Source: Octopus sinensis (taxonomy: Eukaryota). From it: a stretch of DNA of 64,000 nt. The stretch covers positions 58,776,001 through 58,840,000 of the forward strand of contig NC_043004.1 in assembly GCF_006345805.1 (NCBI RefSeq). The letters run 5' to 3'. A model generated the notes under the pieces. That model searched no databases. It had not been told where the DNA came from and worked only from the letters and a program-made list of their open reading frames with translations. The position numbers were made by a program, and so were the translations under genes. The stretch's first letter is position 1; every line of letters begins with the position of its first letter. Positions 62,437 through 64,000 of the stretch are shown here, piece after piece.

Positions 62437-62569
62437 ATCCTCCTCCTCCTCCTTCTCCTCCTCCTCCTCCTCCATCTCCTCCTCCTCCTTCTTCTTCTTC
62501 TCCTCCTCCTCCTCCTCCTCCTCTTCCTTCTTCTTCTTCTCCTTCTTCTTCTTCTTCTTCTTCTTCTTC
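62437..62569. repeat. (CCT)n/(TCT)n polypyrimidine tract
   Basis: Direct reading. Confidence 0.95.
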
Positions 62570-62844
62570 TATTTATCGATTATCAAGCGAGGCTGGTGGT
62601 AGGAGACAAACACAGACACAATGAGACACACATGGATTGATATATATATATATATATCACAAACATCATCATTATTCAACGTCCATTTTCCTTGCTGGTA
62701 TGGGTTAGACCAGTGGTTCTCAACTGGGGGCCATATAGCTTTTGAGGGTCCACATAATATTTTGGTGGGGGTTCATGTAACAAGATAGTAAATTGGGTAC
62801 AGAATAGTATTTTAAGAGACCCTGAAAAAATTTTGCCTTAGACG

Positions 62845-63240
62845 TCATCATCATCATTATCATCATCATTTAATGTCCACTTTTCATGCTAGCATGGGTC
62901 GGAGGATTTGACTGAAGACTGGCGAAACAGATAGCTGCACCAGGCTCCAATCTTGATCTGGCAGAGTTTCTACAGCTGGATGCCCTTCCTAACGCCAACC
63001 ACTCCGAGAGTGTAGTGGCTGCTTTTACGTGCCACCAGCATGAGGGCCAGTCAGGCAGTACTGGCAATGGTCATGCTCAAATGGTGCTTTTTATGTGCCA
63101 CCTGCACAGGAGCCAGTCCAGCAGCACTGGCAACAACCTTGCTCGAATGTTTTTTCCCTTTTTCAAGTATCACTGGCATTTTTATGTGCCACCAGCACGG
63201 AAGCTAGTCAGCTGCTTTGGCAATGATCATGCTCAAACGT
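62845..63240 (-). mobile_element. RTE 3' UTR fragment
   Basis: (CAT)n tail; GCTGGATGCCCTTCCTAACGCCAACCACTCCGAGAG; GTGCCACC repeats. Confidence 0.8.
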
Positions 63241-63371
63241 ATGCCTTGATATGTATTGCAAGAAACAGTTGGTTTCTTTCTCTAATGTTTTACATAGTTC
63301 AACCTTCACAAGTTAATGCGTGAATAACAAAACAGGAATTTTGAAAGAAGTGTCCATAAAACTAGCTTTAA

Positions 63372-63592
63372 CCCTTTTGTTACCAACCCGGCTGAAACCG
63401 GCTCTGGGTCTGTAGTACAAATGTCTTGTTTTCATAAGTTCTGAATTAAAATCTTCCACCAAACCTTAATCACAATTTATGCTCCTAACACTAGCTGAAT
63501 GATAACTAAGTTATTTTACTAAATTCTTTGTTATATTTAAAGTAATTGAAAGAAATACTGAACATCCCAAAATAAATACAGTAATGAAAGGG
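63372..63592. mobile_element. piggyBac-type MITE (different family)
   Basis: TTAA-CCCTTT ... AAAGGG-TTAA. Confidence 0.8.
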
Positions 63593-63923
63593 TTAAGACA
63601 TCAAATAGCAATAGGGTGTCCATCACAATAAAATAGCAATCAAAGGTGTCCATAGATGAAAAATGGTTTAGAACCTCTGGGTTGGATGGTTTCACCAGAG
63701 CTGGTAAGCTGGAGAGCTGCACAAAACATCAGCCTGTTTTAGTTTGTTTCTACGGCTGGATACCTTTCTTAAAGCCAGTCACTCTACAGAGGGCACTGGG
63801 TATCTTTTACATGTCACTGGCACAACCACAATTTCATTCAGTTTGACATGTCTTCTCAAACACAGTGAATTGCCAGAAGTCTCAGTCATTTGTCATCGCT
63901 TCTGTGAGACTCAACAACTGAAG

Positions 63924-63964
<41 letters not shown>

Positions 63965-64000
63965 ATACATATATATATATATATATACACACACATACAT

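Overview
A 64-kb, AT-rich animal region made almost entirely of repeats. The SINE and microsatellite landscape looks like a coleoid cephalopod (Octopus-type) intergenic or intronic region; this is inferred from recall of such repeats, not from a search. No host protein-coding gene can be supported. Retroelements: a full-length RTE LINE (23163-30310, minus) with a tandemly amplified 3' UTR and a Tx1 insertion in its 5' UTR; a 5'-truncated sister copy (11614-14746); a near-complete Penelope-like element with RT, GIY-YIG and two ~625-bp pseudo-LTRs (37954-44706); and fragments of R4/Dong-type RLE, CR1, BovB-like and other RTE LINEs. DNA elements: one Helitron helicase remnant, three non-autonomous Helitrons, and piggyBac, mariner, hAT and unclassified MITEs. 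At least five tRNA-derived SINE families are present. The most notable signal is a set of minimal type I hammerhead ribozyme motifs in several unrelated non-coding elements: a 640-bp near-perfect foldback with one hammerhead per arm, a solo hammerhead of the same architecture, and a tRNA-headed SINE whose tail is a hammerhead. The autonomous Penelope-like element that could mobilise them lies in the same window. Element boundaries were read by eye and may be off by a few bases.
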